The translations under genes and the position numbers were made by a program. Under the pieces are notes generated by a model. The model did not search any database. It had not been told where the DNA came from and saw only the letters and a program-made list of their open reading frames with translations. A DNA stretch of 63,960 nt, from assembly GCF_001194135.2 (NCBI RefSeq), contig NC_068982.1, positions 153,215,669 through 153,279,628 on the forward strand, in the 5' to 3' direction. Below, in pieces: positions 1 to 12,829 of this stretch (its first letter is position 1; each line of letters opens with the position of its first letter). The stretch is from Octopus bimaculoides. Lineage: Eukaryota.

Positions 1-342
1 ATATATATATATATATATACACACACATATATATGCAAATACATATATATTTGCATATAAAAAAGACATCAATATATTGATCTCAATATCGATTGACCCA
101 CGTATTTACTATTTAACTACTTGTGTGTAATTAGCTATATTATATGTGTGTGTGGGTGCGTGTGTACTTACTTGTGTAGCTCTCTGCTAATCATTTCAGT
201 TTCTTTCACTTTCTTTATTATATATTTCCAAGCTCATATCCTACCTATCTGTCCAGTGTAATAGATATATATATATGCAGGAAAACATATTACTATAGAA
301 TTTGACCATTTACAGATTATACGTATTCACACGCCCTCACTC

Positions 343-345
<3 letters not shown>

Positions 346-389
<44 letters not shown>

Positions 390-412
390 TGTGTGTGTGT
401 GTGTGTGTGTGT
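346..412. repeat. (TG)n microsatellite
   Basis: Near-perfect TG run with one 'tac' interruption. Confidence 0.97.
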
Positions 413-1726
413 ATGCGAGTGTATGTATATATAATGAATTTGATGAAATAATTTTTCTGTTATCTATATGTAGAGAGTATTATATATTTTACGAAGAAGT
501 TAATCAAGCTAATGAGAAATACTGACCATAGTTTTCTTCTAACTTTCTTTTGTCGATTATTTACCTCATCATTTTGAGATGAAATGATTAATAACGTTTT
601 CAATTGCGTTTTACGTGCTTTCAAATAATAACGTTATCATCCGCATGTAATGTCAGTCATAATCTGTAAGACGATGCTACATTCCATTTTGGGAGAAAAA
701 TTGGGCATGTGTTAAGTAAAATGTTCGTTTCTTTTCTGTGGAATTAGTGCAGGTTAGCAAAAATTTTAAAGATATTTTGTCTATGAGAGAGGTCACAATT
801 CGTCGATCACTTCGTAGAAGCGGGTGCTTTATCTGCTGTTACCTTTTTATTCCTGGTAGCCTCTCGACTTTTTGTCGCCAAATATATTATGAAAATTGCT
901 GAGATTTTGTGTCATGCAGAAGTATATCATATATCCTATACAACTTTCTTTTTATTCTTTTTTATTACAACAACTATCCAAATCACTGCATTTTCCCAAC
1001 TTATATGAAATCAACTCTCTTTTGTTTACTGTTTTTCTACACAATTTTGAATAAGTCGTTGATGGTTCACGACTATTTTACGGTACCTATAGCTGGATCA
1101 TAATATTGATAAGCGTGAAATTAGTTATTTTGAGAAAGAAGCAATCCATTAAATTAAGTATTATTCTCCGTTGCTGCTTATATTGGTATCACTATGCTAA
1201 AATTCCGAAAGCAAATGCGCTTAACCAAATACTGCAACACATATTATCTATTGTACTGAATTTACTACCCTCACTAAGAGAAACTATGTCGCATGCACTA
1301 CCGGTGAATTCTTTCGTTAAAGGGGTTATAATATCCTGAATCTTATTAGTTTACACATAGAGAAGAATAGAGAAATAGAGAAGAATAAAGGAAAACCTGA
1401 TTATACAAACTTGAATAACGGTTACATGGTGGAAATCATTTGACTCTGCAAGAGCTCTGCTAGCTTGTACAATTAATTTTATCCAAGAGGTAATTAACTT
1501 CCAATGCCAGAAATCACATGCTAAACGTTACTCAGGTTCAAAATTACATTAAAGTGAATATAAATGACCACCAAAACACTGTGGAACAAAATGAAATTAT
1601 TTAGATATATTTATGAATCAGTTATCTAATATTAGTGCCAGATGAACAGGAAAACGGCATGTGATGAAAAAAAAACAACATTCCACGGAATGCCCATACC
1701 ATTTTTTGCTTCAAGGGAAAATTTAC

Positions 1727-1915
1727 CTGGGATCTTATCATCCAATATGTCATTCCAGTTTTTAAAATGTTTGTGTACGAAATGAAAGAAGATTCTTTTG
1801 TTGATCGTAGCGGAACTATCGACCACGTATAGGCTTCGCCGCTGTGATGTACATGCTGCATCTATATCACGGTTGTGAAGACAATGCAATAACATTGGTA
1901 GAATACTAGAAATAT
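1727..1915 (-). other. Exon-like open segment of unknown function (189 nt, phase 1-1)
   Basis: Minus strand: acceptor ...gtcactgtcttgcag|AT and donor CCCAG|gtaaat. One frame is open (DISSILPMLLHCLHNRDIDAAC...DDKIPG). No recognisable homology. Confidence 0.25.
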
Positions 1916-3962
1916 CTGCAAGACAGTGACATTTCAAAATAATAAATGTATTTTATCATTTATAATTGGGGTCTACGGAATAAAAACACTATGTTGAGTA
2001 GTAGTAATTCACCTTGTTATATCCTATTTGCGAAATTTCACATTCAGTTCAGAAATTATTTTTGCCATAACTTCTCCAATATAAGTTGATTGTAAAACAG
2101 TTGTCATTCAAGAAAACGAACGTAAATTTATTTTAAAATATGCTTCTTCTAAAATGTTCAGATAAATCATTACATACTTTATTTGTTTAACTTTCAAATT
2201 ATGAAACGTGGAAAAAAAAACCAATTTACTTTCGCAAAAATATTTCGAACTTATAGATTTACATTTTTATTCAAACTATTTTGTTTTCTTATCTACTTAA
2301 TTTAGTTACAGTTATATAACTGCTCGGGAATTTGGCATCAGTAAAGTTAATATTTTTAGTCATGGTTATTATTTTTACAAAGAAATTCGTCTATGAAATT
2401 GGCGTATTTTAAAAATATGTACTTGTATTTTTCACTGAAATACCAGTAGCATAAAAGCACTCAAGTGTATTTCTATATAGTTTCACTTTGTCCAACTCGT
2501 AATCGTTTGGAGCCTAAGTGACTCTAAGTTATTTGGTATTTACTTCTGTTTCTCAGATGGAAAGCAATGTTGTTTGTATGCCAGCAATATTACAAATGAA
2601 AGATTCTAATGTTGACTATATACATACTTTCTATCACAAATGTATTAACTATATTGAAATTATGTGTGTTAGCATAAGTACATAAATATGTAACATATAT
2701 GAAATGACCGCAGCCAGCTATGTCTTGCGCTGATTTTATATCCCCTTCATTATCAATATTAGAGTAATGTAAAGCGGTAGACAACATATTTAATATATTT
2801 CAATATTTACTATATGTGAAGGAACATGGAATGATAGAAGTGATACAAACCCATGTTAAAAGTCTTGACTATTTAGTTACGTTTTTAAAGTTTTACTTCA
2901 TTACTGGTCGCTATTATCGCACAGTAATCAATAAAATAGCTATCAATAACATTTTGGGGTCAATTCAGCATAAGATCTTAAATAAGGCATATCCCATTCT
3001 TTATATACATATATATATGAGTGCGTGTCTGTGTGTCTCTGCACCCCTAATAGAAAACAATGCCCTATGTGCACCGTAACTGTTTAAATAATAGATAGAT
3101 TTTGATAAACTTCTCATACAGTATAATGCTTAAAATACACAGCAGTACATAAGTAAGTAAAACTAGCAGTGTCAACGTTTAGTAAAACAATTTCCTGGCA
3201 TAGAAAGTAGACGGGATTGTAGCTAGAGGATATATAGCAAAAGATTAGAAGAAAAGTAAACATAAATAATTCTCATTAACAGAAAGAATAGATAGACTGT
3301 AACAAACTGCTCAAATTCTCTAAATCAACCTCCACCTATGTATTTCACAATTCATTCTCATGTAAGGAATCTTTGAAACATAAAAAAAGGTATATATGCT
3401 AGGTAATCAAATATTTCAAGAGAAGCAGTTATCAACTGTTAGCCTTAGTGAAGTTGTAAAGAAAAGCAATCGGAGTAGGAAACATCAGTGCACACACTGT
3501 ATAATGTAATGAAAAATATGTGGCACCCAGGAGAATTTACAAAAGAACTACAAAGAGGTAACCTGTTTTGTCAATTTTAAAGGTCTGAACTTCTTTCAGT
3601 CCTGGGAACGACATCAAACTGAACACAAAGAGTAATGTATCCATAAATGTACAAAAAAGAAACTGTGGCTGCCGCTGGAAGACCTTGATCCTAGATATGC
3701 TAACAGTGCTCAGGCGCGTCTAAACAACAGCAATAAACAACAAAGATAACATTTCTTTTCAATTTTCCGTTTCCAATGACAAGAGAAAGAGTAATTATAT
3801 CGCCCGAATTCAGCAAAGATTAGGGTTTTAATATGAATTCATTTTTGTTGCTATCTTGATACTCGTGTTCGGAGTAGCAAGCTAGAAAGATAAAATCGCA
3901 CGTAAACTTTTCCTTTTCAAATCATGTTTCATCTTTCTTGATATTCTTTCACGGATATCACA

Positions 3963-3963
<1 letters not shown>

Positions 3964-4006
<43 letters not shown>
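3964..4006. repeat. (CA)n microsatellite
   Basis: Perfect CA run. Confidence 0.97.
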
Positions 4007-4008
<2 letters not shown>

Positions 4009-5083
4009 TTTCCACAGCGCGCATACACACACACATATACATTTATCAACATTCACACAGACATACACACTCCCCTTACATGTATGCTTCTTTTCATTTG
4101 GCAATAACAGTAAGTATTGCGATACCAAATGTTTTAAACTAGATTAATTTTATTTCTTTGATAAATTCTACTTCTACTCTCAAGTAAATTATTAATAACG
4201 CTTATATTTTTAATATACACATTGCTAAATAACTGGAAGATATTTTGAAAATATAGAGACAGTCTCTTAAATAAAATAATATTACAACCAAGCATGAGAT
4301 TTAGAATTCAAAAATAAAATTTTTGGAACGGCAAATTGGAAGAATTTGACAAACGATATAATTTAAAAGAAAGAGGAACTAAATTATTGATAGCCTTTCC
4401 CAATTGATTTTCAATCAAACTACTTATGACTTCTGGGAATGCAATAGTATTGTGTTGCATTTTGGATAATTAATTAGTTCTTTAAATCACTTAACCTACA
4501 TTTTGTTACGGTGAAGATTGAAACATAAATTCAGTATAATTAGCTAATACACTCCATAATGATAAAGATAAGTTTTCTTAATTGAAAATACAATTTAATG
4601 ATCAAATCTATGTACGGAAGTTAATTTCAGGTTTATGAGAAAGAAAATAAGACACTTTACTGAAACGATTATAGGAATATAATTTAAATAGCCAAATATA
4701 ATTGTTGTACTTAAGTTCCAGATAACCTATCGCCATTGGATCTTCATTAAATTACGTATCTTAAAATAGAACAAGAAAAGTATATTGCCTTTATTTTAAT
4801 TATATCTATTGTGTACGATAACATATGTTTTAATTTCAGGCGGCCGTTTAATTATTCATGATATGCGGAGGACATGATATCTATATAAAACAGCTCTGGG
4901 TATTTTCGCTATTATTCAGGAATAAGTTATATATATATATACACACACGTAAGTTATATATATATACCAAACTGATAACTTTACTTAAGCAACAAACTAA
5001 ATATGTTATAATGCTTTCAAATGAAAACATCCCTGAATTGATAATTGAAACAGCATTAATAGGTTTGACCCGCTGAAATTTAC

Positions 5084-5169
5084 GGATCTCCTCTGGAAAA
5101 ACACCGCCCGGCGTTTCGTCCAAATGTTACTGTATTTCTTTTGACGGAGACAGTATAATGCGGTTTATA
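5084..5169 (-). other. Exon-like segment (86 nt) ending RCFSRGDP
   Basis: Minus strand: ctacag|TAT...GATCC|gtaaat, translating YKPHYTVSVKRNTVTFGRNAGRCFSRGDP. Local GC is higher than the flanks. Only a weak resemblance to the start of a VWD domain. Confidence 0.2.
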
Positions 5170-5340
5170 CTGTAGCAGGTTTTAAAAATTCTTCAACGAG
5201 ATTAAAAGCGTTAAACAGATATTCAAGAAATTTTCTTTATTCTTCGAAATAGTGAATTCAATCATAATATTTTAACATCGCAACAATACGCCCAATGTCA
5301 GATAGAATGAGAAACTGCAACTATTGTACTATATATATAT

Positions 5341-5866
5341 NNNNNNNNNNNNNNNNNNNNNNNNNNNNNNNNNNNNNNNNNNNNNNNNNNNNNNNNNNNN
5401 NNNNNNNNNNNNNNNNNNNNNNNNNNNNNNNNNNNNNNNNNNNNNNNNNNNNNNNNNNNNNNNNNNNNNNNNNNNNNNNNNNNNNNNNNNNNNNNNNNNN
5501 NNNNNNNNNNNNNNNNNNNNNNNNNNNNNNNNNNNNNNNNNNNNNNNNNNNNNNNNNNNNNNNNNNNNNNNNNNNNNNNNNNNNNNNNNNNNNNNNNNNN
5601 NNNNNNNNNNNNNNNNNNNNNNNNNNNNNNNNNNNNNNNNNNNNNNNNNNNNNNNNNNNNNNNNNNNNNNNNNNNNNNNNNNNNNNNNNNNNNNNNNNNN
5701 NNNNNNNNNNNNNNNNNNNNNNNNNNNNNNNNNNNNNNNNNNNNNNNNNNNNNNNNNNNNNNNNNNNNNNNNNNNNNNNNNNNNNNNNNNNNNNNNNNNN
5801 NNNNNNNNNNNNNNNNNNNNNNNNNNNNNNNNNNNNNNNNNNNNNNNNNNNNNNNNNNNNNNNNNN
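5341..5866. other. Assembly gap (first of 13 N-runs)
   Basis: N-runs at 5341-5866, 8988-9814, 15202-15211, 15786-16432, 18412-18421, 19574-19724, 24356-24590, 25131-25140, 28666-28888, 45669-45917, 49338-49848, 59099-59538 and 61529-62102. Confidence 0.99.
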
Positions 5867-5903
<37 letters not shown>

Positions 5904-6794
5904 TGTGTGTGTATGTATGTATGTATGTATATATGCATCTACATAGTTATAAGTATATACATACATACAGACATGGATAAAAGAATATCGAGATATGTGA
6001 ATATAAGTATAAATCATATATTGAAGCTGAACAGTTCGACTGCTAAAAGTTTACAGATTGTGTAGAAAATGAAGAAGTTCACAACCTTGAAGTCTCTTGC
6101 TGTATGCAAGAAAATATAAATCAATCAAGTTATTCGTTTAATCTAGAAAACATTGATTTAAATGCTAGAATTACGTAGACTAACTTACTATTTTGGTTGC
6201 AAGAGTCTAAAATTCCCGTTTTATTTGACGTTGATGTAAAACAGACTCGCCTTGAAAGCGGTTTAGGTATCTCTTTCGAATGAAATATTATCCAACTACA
6301 AAATAAAGGTCTCTCGTACAATGTTGTTGTTTGGTGGGTGTATAATCAGTGAAATGTCTCAGAAAAACTTAATTTCATTGAAGACGAATTATTTAGACGA
6401 CCTTCCACAGTGGTTCGGAAACGCAAGTGAAAGAAAGGTGTTTAGGCCATTTACGACTGGACGTTATATATTTCCGTTTTACCATTCGATGCTGGTTTAT
6501 GTTATAGTTTAACACCCACGTCAGTATTATTGGAACAGAACTGTGATAAAAAATAAAATTCCTGCTAGAAATGAAAACTCCCTTTTGTGGTGTCTAAGAT
6601 ACATTATCCACTACAACTGTTGTTATGTTACAGGAACTAAACAGAGATAGATTTTGCTGATAGTTTTTCTCTTTTCTTTTGCATTCCAGAGTTTCATTTT
6701 GTGGTTTCATTTCTACTACGTATAACTGTGTGTATTTGCTCATATGCACTTATTTATATATGTCTCTCGTTTTCTTTCTCTCGTTCTCTCTCTC

Positions 6795-6830
<36 letters not shown>

Positions 6831-6989
6831 TACACATACACACATGCATACGTATCTGTATATATGTATAAACGCATACGTTACTGTGCATATTTATAGA
6901 TGCACTTATAGACACATATATACACGCATACACACACGCACACAGAAAGGGTATAGTATAGTTATCGGAAATACCAACCTGTCCTGGTT

Positions 6990-7453
6990 ATGATGCGTTG
7001 TCTTGTGAGTCTCAATGACCCTGAGAGCTTATCATCAAATAGGAGAATTCAAAGGGCAGAAGTCAGAATAATATGGACCACCTCTTCCTCGAGGTAAACA
7101 ATGTGTTTTCAGAGAGCCAACACTCCTACCAGGAAAAGAAAACAAATTTATTGATACATAGATGAAAATTCAACATGAACAACACCTGAGACATGACGAT
7201 CTTCCATCAGCGAAAAGTATGACGGTTTCCATTTGGGAAATATATGACGCGAGGCACTAAAATGCACGTCAGGACCCGACAGGGAGCTCACAAAGGATGC
7301 GGAAAAGAAGACACCCTAAAAGTAACTGAGGCAAGATACTGAAGTAGAGGTGAAGAAGCAGTTGCATAAAAGACAGCCCAGTATCGAGAAGTGTAGAAAA
7401 GTCGATGACGGCCTATGACCTATAGAGGGAAAAGGGCTTAAGTAAGTAAAGTA
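6990..7453 (+). mobile_element. Degenerate short RTE-clade derivative (5'UTR-like part joined to the 3' end)
   Basis: 3' part translates QRMRKRRHPKSN* (compare RTE C-terminal GKRKRGRPK) and ...DDGL*PIEGKGLK*, followed by an agtaagtaaagta tail. 5' part (gaccctgagagct...aatatggaccacc) resembles RTE 5'UTRs from memory. Confidence 0.55.
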
Positions 7454-7769
7454 TACTCATTGAAAACACATTGATCAAATTTCTTTTAACCGAGTGGCAA
7501 ATTATTAGATACGTATATTTGTAGAACGATAAATTGGTTACAATATAATTCAACAATACACAAAATACATTGGAAGCAGCATTTGTAGGAAGTCATAAAC
7601 TAACGTTTTATGCAATTATAATCTTAAAATGTAAAGAATATGTTTTAAATTAAATATATTTTCTTAATTAATATATATGTTTGTGTCTGTTTGTTTAGTT
7701 TTGCGTGTAGTAGGATAAACAATAGACAGTTGATTTCTAAAAGAGGTTCGAAAATATAATCTATATCGG

Positions 7770-7880
7770 TGAAATATTGACCATCAAATCTTACCGCTAA
7801 TTTAATTGGTACTTAATTTATTGATGCATACAAGGTGACAGATAAAACTTGTAATGCAGGATTTGATCACAGAAGATAAA
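7770..7880 (-). mobile_element. Degenerate SINE remnant (ataaattaagtacca family)
   Basis: Reverse complement contains 'caataaattaagtacca', shared with the SINE copies at 63370-63690. Confidence 0.35.
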
Positions 7881-8643
7881 TGAACATAATTCATGCCTCA
7901 GGCTTTTTTAGCCAATAATTTTATCTGTAGCCTTCTATTGCCTCTGTAATAGTTAATTTGTAACATGCTAGTAATTGACTAATATTAAGCAGTAGACTTC
8001 GATTAATTATTGTGTATCCAGTCTGTCTTTCTGAAAGGCAGTAACGATTTTATGATGTAAATAATTTATATTTCATGTTTATCGTAATTAGTTTACTCAA
8101 TCTCAACTCAAATTGTGGAAATTCCATACTATCTATTAATACAGATTTATTTAGTAATGATGTTTTACTTTAAGGACCTTAAAATATGTTAGTTAATTCA
8201 AATACTAAGAGATTAATGAAGCGTTTTGTTCTTAAACAGTCTTAAACAATTATTTAAAGCACTGCCTTTGAAAACTTAACATTTCGACGAATATTCTACC
8301 TTTTCTCCAACTAAAATACATTCACTAAAAGTGTTTTCTCTAAATTTATATTGCCTGTGCCTGCAGTGCTATGTAAATTAGGTTTCCACATATTTATGCC
8401 TGAATATATATGCACAGAAAATTGCAAAATATAATTAACGCCCATGTGTGCCGAAGACAGATGAAGTGATAACAATTTAAAAGTGACAATAATCTAGAAT
8501 TATTCAGATCAATCAGTTAGGTTTTGTTGCAGGACAGAATACTTTCGGCTTTCTTTATTTAAATTTTAGAGGTAAGGTAAATATTTTACTTCTGAAAAAA
8601 TCTTCTTTACATTCAAATTTTTATGTATCTCATCTCTCCCCAC

Positions 8644-8646
<3 letters not shown>

Positions 8647-8713
<67 letters not shown>
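8647..8713. repeat. (CT)n microsatellite
   Basis: Perfect CT run. Confidence 0.97.
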
Positions 8714-8717
<4 letters not shown>

Positions 8718-9843
8718 AACTTTCTTTCATCATATGTGTGTGCGTGTGAGTGTCTGATCCGATGAAGCTCTAAGTTGATACACAATCATCCACTATGCGT
8801 GCATTGCATCTTATACCAGAAACAGCTGTATTCTAATGAATCTCATGACATAATTTCTTATTTCTTTGCGGTTTTAATTTCTTCTTCCTGCTTTGTACTC
8901 GACTGGCCCTTTGTTGTGAAGCATATGTATATTGAGTTCTAACATTAGGTTATTAGTATCGCTTTGCCTAAGTGAAATAGTATATATNNNNNNNNNNNNN
9001 NNNNNNNNNNNNNNNNNNNNNNNNNNNNNNNNNNNNNNNNNNNNNNNNNNNNNNNNNNNNNNNNNNNNNNNNNNNNNNNNNNNNNNNNNNNNNNNNNNNN
9101 NNNNNNNNNNNNNNNNNNNNNNNNNNNNNNNNNNNNNNNNNNNNNNNNNNNNNNNNNNNNNNNNNNNNNNNNNNNNNNNNNNNNNNNNNNNNNNNNNNNN
9201 NNNNNNNNNNNNNNNNNNNNNNNNNNNNNNNNNNNNNNNNNNNNNNNNNNNNNNNNNNNNNNNNNNNNNNNNNNNNNNNNNNNNNNNNNNNNNNNNNNNN
9301 NNNNNNNNNNNNNNNNNNNNNNNNNNNNNNNNNNNNNNNNNNNNNNNNNNNNNNNNNNNNNNNNNNNNNNNNNNNNNNNNNNNNNNNNNNNNNNNNNNNN
9401 NNNNNNNNNNNNNNNNNNNNNNNNNNNNNNNNNNNNNNNNNNNNNNNNNNNNNNNNNNNNNNNNNNNNNNNNNNNNNNNNNNNNNNNNNNNNNNNNNNNN
9501 NNNNNNNNNNNNNNNNNNNNNNNNNNNNNNNNNNNNNNNNNNNNNNNNNNNNNNNNNNNNNNNNNNNNNNNNNNNNNNNNNNNNNNNNNNNNNNNNNNNN
9601 NNNNNNNNNNNNNNNNNNNNNNNNNNNNNNNNNNNNNNNNNNNNNNNNNNNNNNNNNNNNNNNNNNNNNNNNNNNNNNNNNNNNNNNNNNNNNNNNNNNN
9701 NNNNNNNNNNNNNNNNNNNNNNNNNNNNNNNNNNNNNNNNNNNNNNNNNNNNNNNNNNNNNNNNNNNNNNNNNNNNNNNNNNNNNNNNNNNNNNNNNNNN
9801 NNNNNNNNNNNNNNTGTATATATATATATATAAGTATATATAT

Positions 9844-9882
<39 letters not shown>

Positions 9883-10793
9883 GAAAGAGAGAGAAATGGG
9901 AGTAGGAGAGAGACCGAAATGCGAAATGCTTACATACGAACATATGTTTGAACATGTTTTCATGTGCGTCAGTTTATTTGATCGCATGCGCACAAATGCC
10001 TGTTGGTATGCACAAATACGATGGATTTTCCGTCATATTTATGATTTACTGAAATTAATGCTCATTAAATTAACGTGCAAAAAAAAAAAGAGCGTTCAGC
10101 ACACATGTCACCTCTGAGGCCCAATATACTTCGTAAAATATAAAGACGTACGTTTCAATTATAAGCACAATCTATCCAAGCGTCTTCCACAAGCTTTCCT
10201 TTCACCCAATTCCTCTCATACGTCATGGTCCCGCCCAGGTTTACAAACGAAAGCATCGCCTCTTGATAGCACATAATGGGACGAAAAACATTACCCTATA
10301 ATGAAGAAATAAATCATTATGCAATTCATTATGCTTGCATTCAAATATACATCCATCAGTGAAACTAGCATGAAATTAAGGGAATAGATTATTTTAAACA
10401 CTCAAATAGCTGAAAGTAATTGCCTTCTAATTATAGCGTATATTACTAAAAGAAAGTAAGTCATTAAATGGCAACATTTATTCGTTGGATTTCAAATTGT
10501 CTATCCTCCCATAAGTTTTTGCTTAATTGCTCAGTATCCTCAATGTTTTCTACAACTAGAACTTCCACAGCAGGGATTTACAAATCGTATCAAATTTCGA
10601 CACTCTGATATTCATAAACTTCATATGAACAACGTGGGATATTGTATATTACATTTATGGAATGATTTAATTGATATGCTTGATGGTTCATGAGGTAGTG
10701 CGTAATTTTGCTCATACACTTATTGCCAAATCTAACAACAGATGATTTAATTTGGCAATTTGTCTGCTTGTAAGCGTTTATGCGTATACAGAG

Positions 10794-10829
<36 letters not shown>

Positions 10830-10964
10830 ACACACACAGACACACACACAAAAACACAAACACAGACATAAACACACATAGACACACATGCACGCACACA
10901 CACGTGCGTATGCACAATCTCATTTCTGAATGTCTATATGTGTATGTATATTTATAAATATGTG

Positions 10965-11014
<50 letters not shown>

Positions 11015-12429
11015 TATATTCTTAGGCACACATATACATACACATATACAGACACACACAGAAACACGCATACATACATACACACACACACATTCATATA
11101 TATATGCTATGTGATAATGTTGGCATTTCATGAGCGTGACACATGAAGTAAGCTGCGTGATTTACTTATTTAATTACAAGATTCTGTGAATGGGTGATTA
11201 GAGAATTGATATAAGGATAAAGTATTCAGTTTTGTGTTGTTGATGCTTTTTCCCTACAGCGTTAATGATGGAAGTCAGGTGAAATACCTATAACCGTGAA
11301 CTGCAAGCGAGTATATCACCTTGCATGCTACCTCTCGACTTCAGTTTACTTCAGAGTTGTAAATATTTTCTATCCTTTGTTTAATCACTGAAATTGATGA
11401 ATTCCTAGGACAATGACTTGCATTTCAAAATACTTTTATCATGATACATAATATATAACTGGTATGGGACATTACAAAATGAATTAAAGAAACATATATT
11501 TCCTTTCGATTTTCGTTTCTGATACTACCTATGGCATTTGCATTCTGTAGATTTTCCTTTTTAATAAATTTTCCTGACTTATAATTTTAATTTCTTGTAG
11601 ATTTATTTCATAATCGTCCCATATCAAAATCAAATATATATGTCATATAAGAAATTTAAAGAAGACTAAACAAAATTAAATAATGAACCCGAGTGTAGAT
11701 CAAAAAATGCTGATGCCGGTAAATAGACAGAATTACCAAAGCACAACCAAATATTTTCAGATATTCTTATAAATAACGTATAGATGTAATCTACTTAGCA
11801 TTTGCATATAGCCAACAAATAGAAACAACAATTCCGTGTTGCTTCATTCTTAATTCATATCGAGGAAAGTAAGAATACATATATGAAGTTCAGACGTATA
11901 ATCGGCTGAAATAAAAATCCTAATGTTTGTTTTGATCTTGAGCAGATAGCGCAACGCGAGATGGAATAATATTCACGTTTATTGAATTTTCACGTTTGCT
12001 GAATATCAAAGCAAATAAAAAATGGGATAACGAGTATAATGTCTATAAACGAAACATAATTTTGTAGTTTACTGCAAGAATTTTGTGTTACAAATCCGCC
12101 ATAGATTGACATTATATCCCTGTTAGTCCATATATGTATATATAGGTAGAGCATTTAGTAACGCTATGATTTCTATAATACAGTTCGGTACCATGACTGC
12201 GACTGATATGAGACAAACAGTAAAAATATTTATAGTTCCTTAAGAGTAAAGCATATATTTATAAAAGGTAATAGAGCAAGATAATTAGATATCCCAACTC
12301 TTGACACCAATTTAACAACTCGGCATTCTTCTTTTATAGTGCTGCCGTTTGAAGAATTTTCAAATCTAGCATAACTTCATAATACTATAACATAATGAAC
12401 AAAACAGGTAGAGAGTCAAAGTAGAGTAT

Positions 12430-12540
12430 GTTCTCAGTTCAAATCCGACTGAGGTTAACTATGCCCTTGTCTTTCTGGAGGATGTCAAATACTAACCGTT
12501 CAACAACAATCATCGACTTAGTTGAATGTAAGTACCGATA
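12430..12540 (+). mobile_element. Degenerate SINE remnant
   Basis: gttcaaatccgactgaggttaact... matches the B-box region gagttcaaattccgccgaggtcgact of the SINE at 63485. Confidence 0.4.
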
Positions 12541-12829
12541 CACAAACAGGTGTGTACAAATAATATATGTAGTTGAAACGATGCTCTGAAGCAGAAACTC
12601 ATACAACTGATGAATAAACAATGGTATAATATTATCATGGTAATAGTCAATGATATTTTCCTCCCATATGTTATTCCTAAGATTAAGAGCACCGATTACG
12701 ATCCTTCTCAACGACAATGAAACCGATGTGGTGAGAAGTATAGAGAAAATCATTCTCAAAATGGAAACTTGGTCAAAATGATTGTAACAGTGTGTACTCC
12801 GCTAAAGATACGAAAGACACATCTGGGAG

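Noticed and set aside
3672-3700. PLEDLDPRY resembling a voltage-gated sodium channel N-terminus
   Set aside because: Isolated short match bounded by stops, with no splice sites or neighbouring channel exons.
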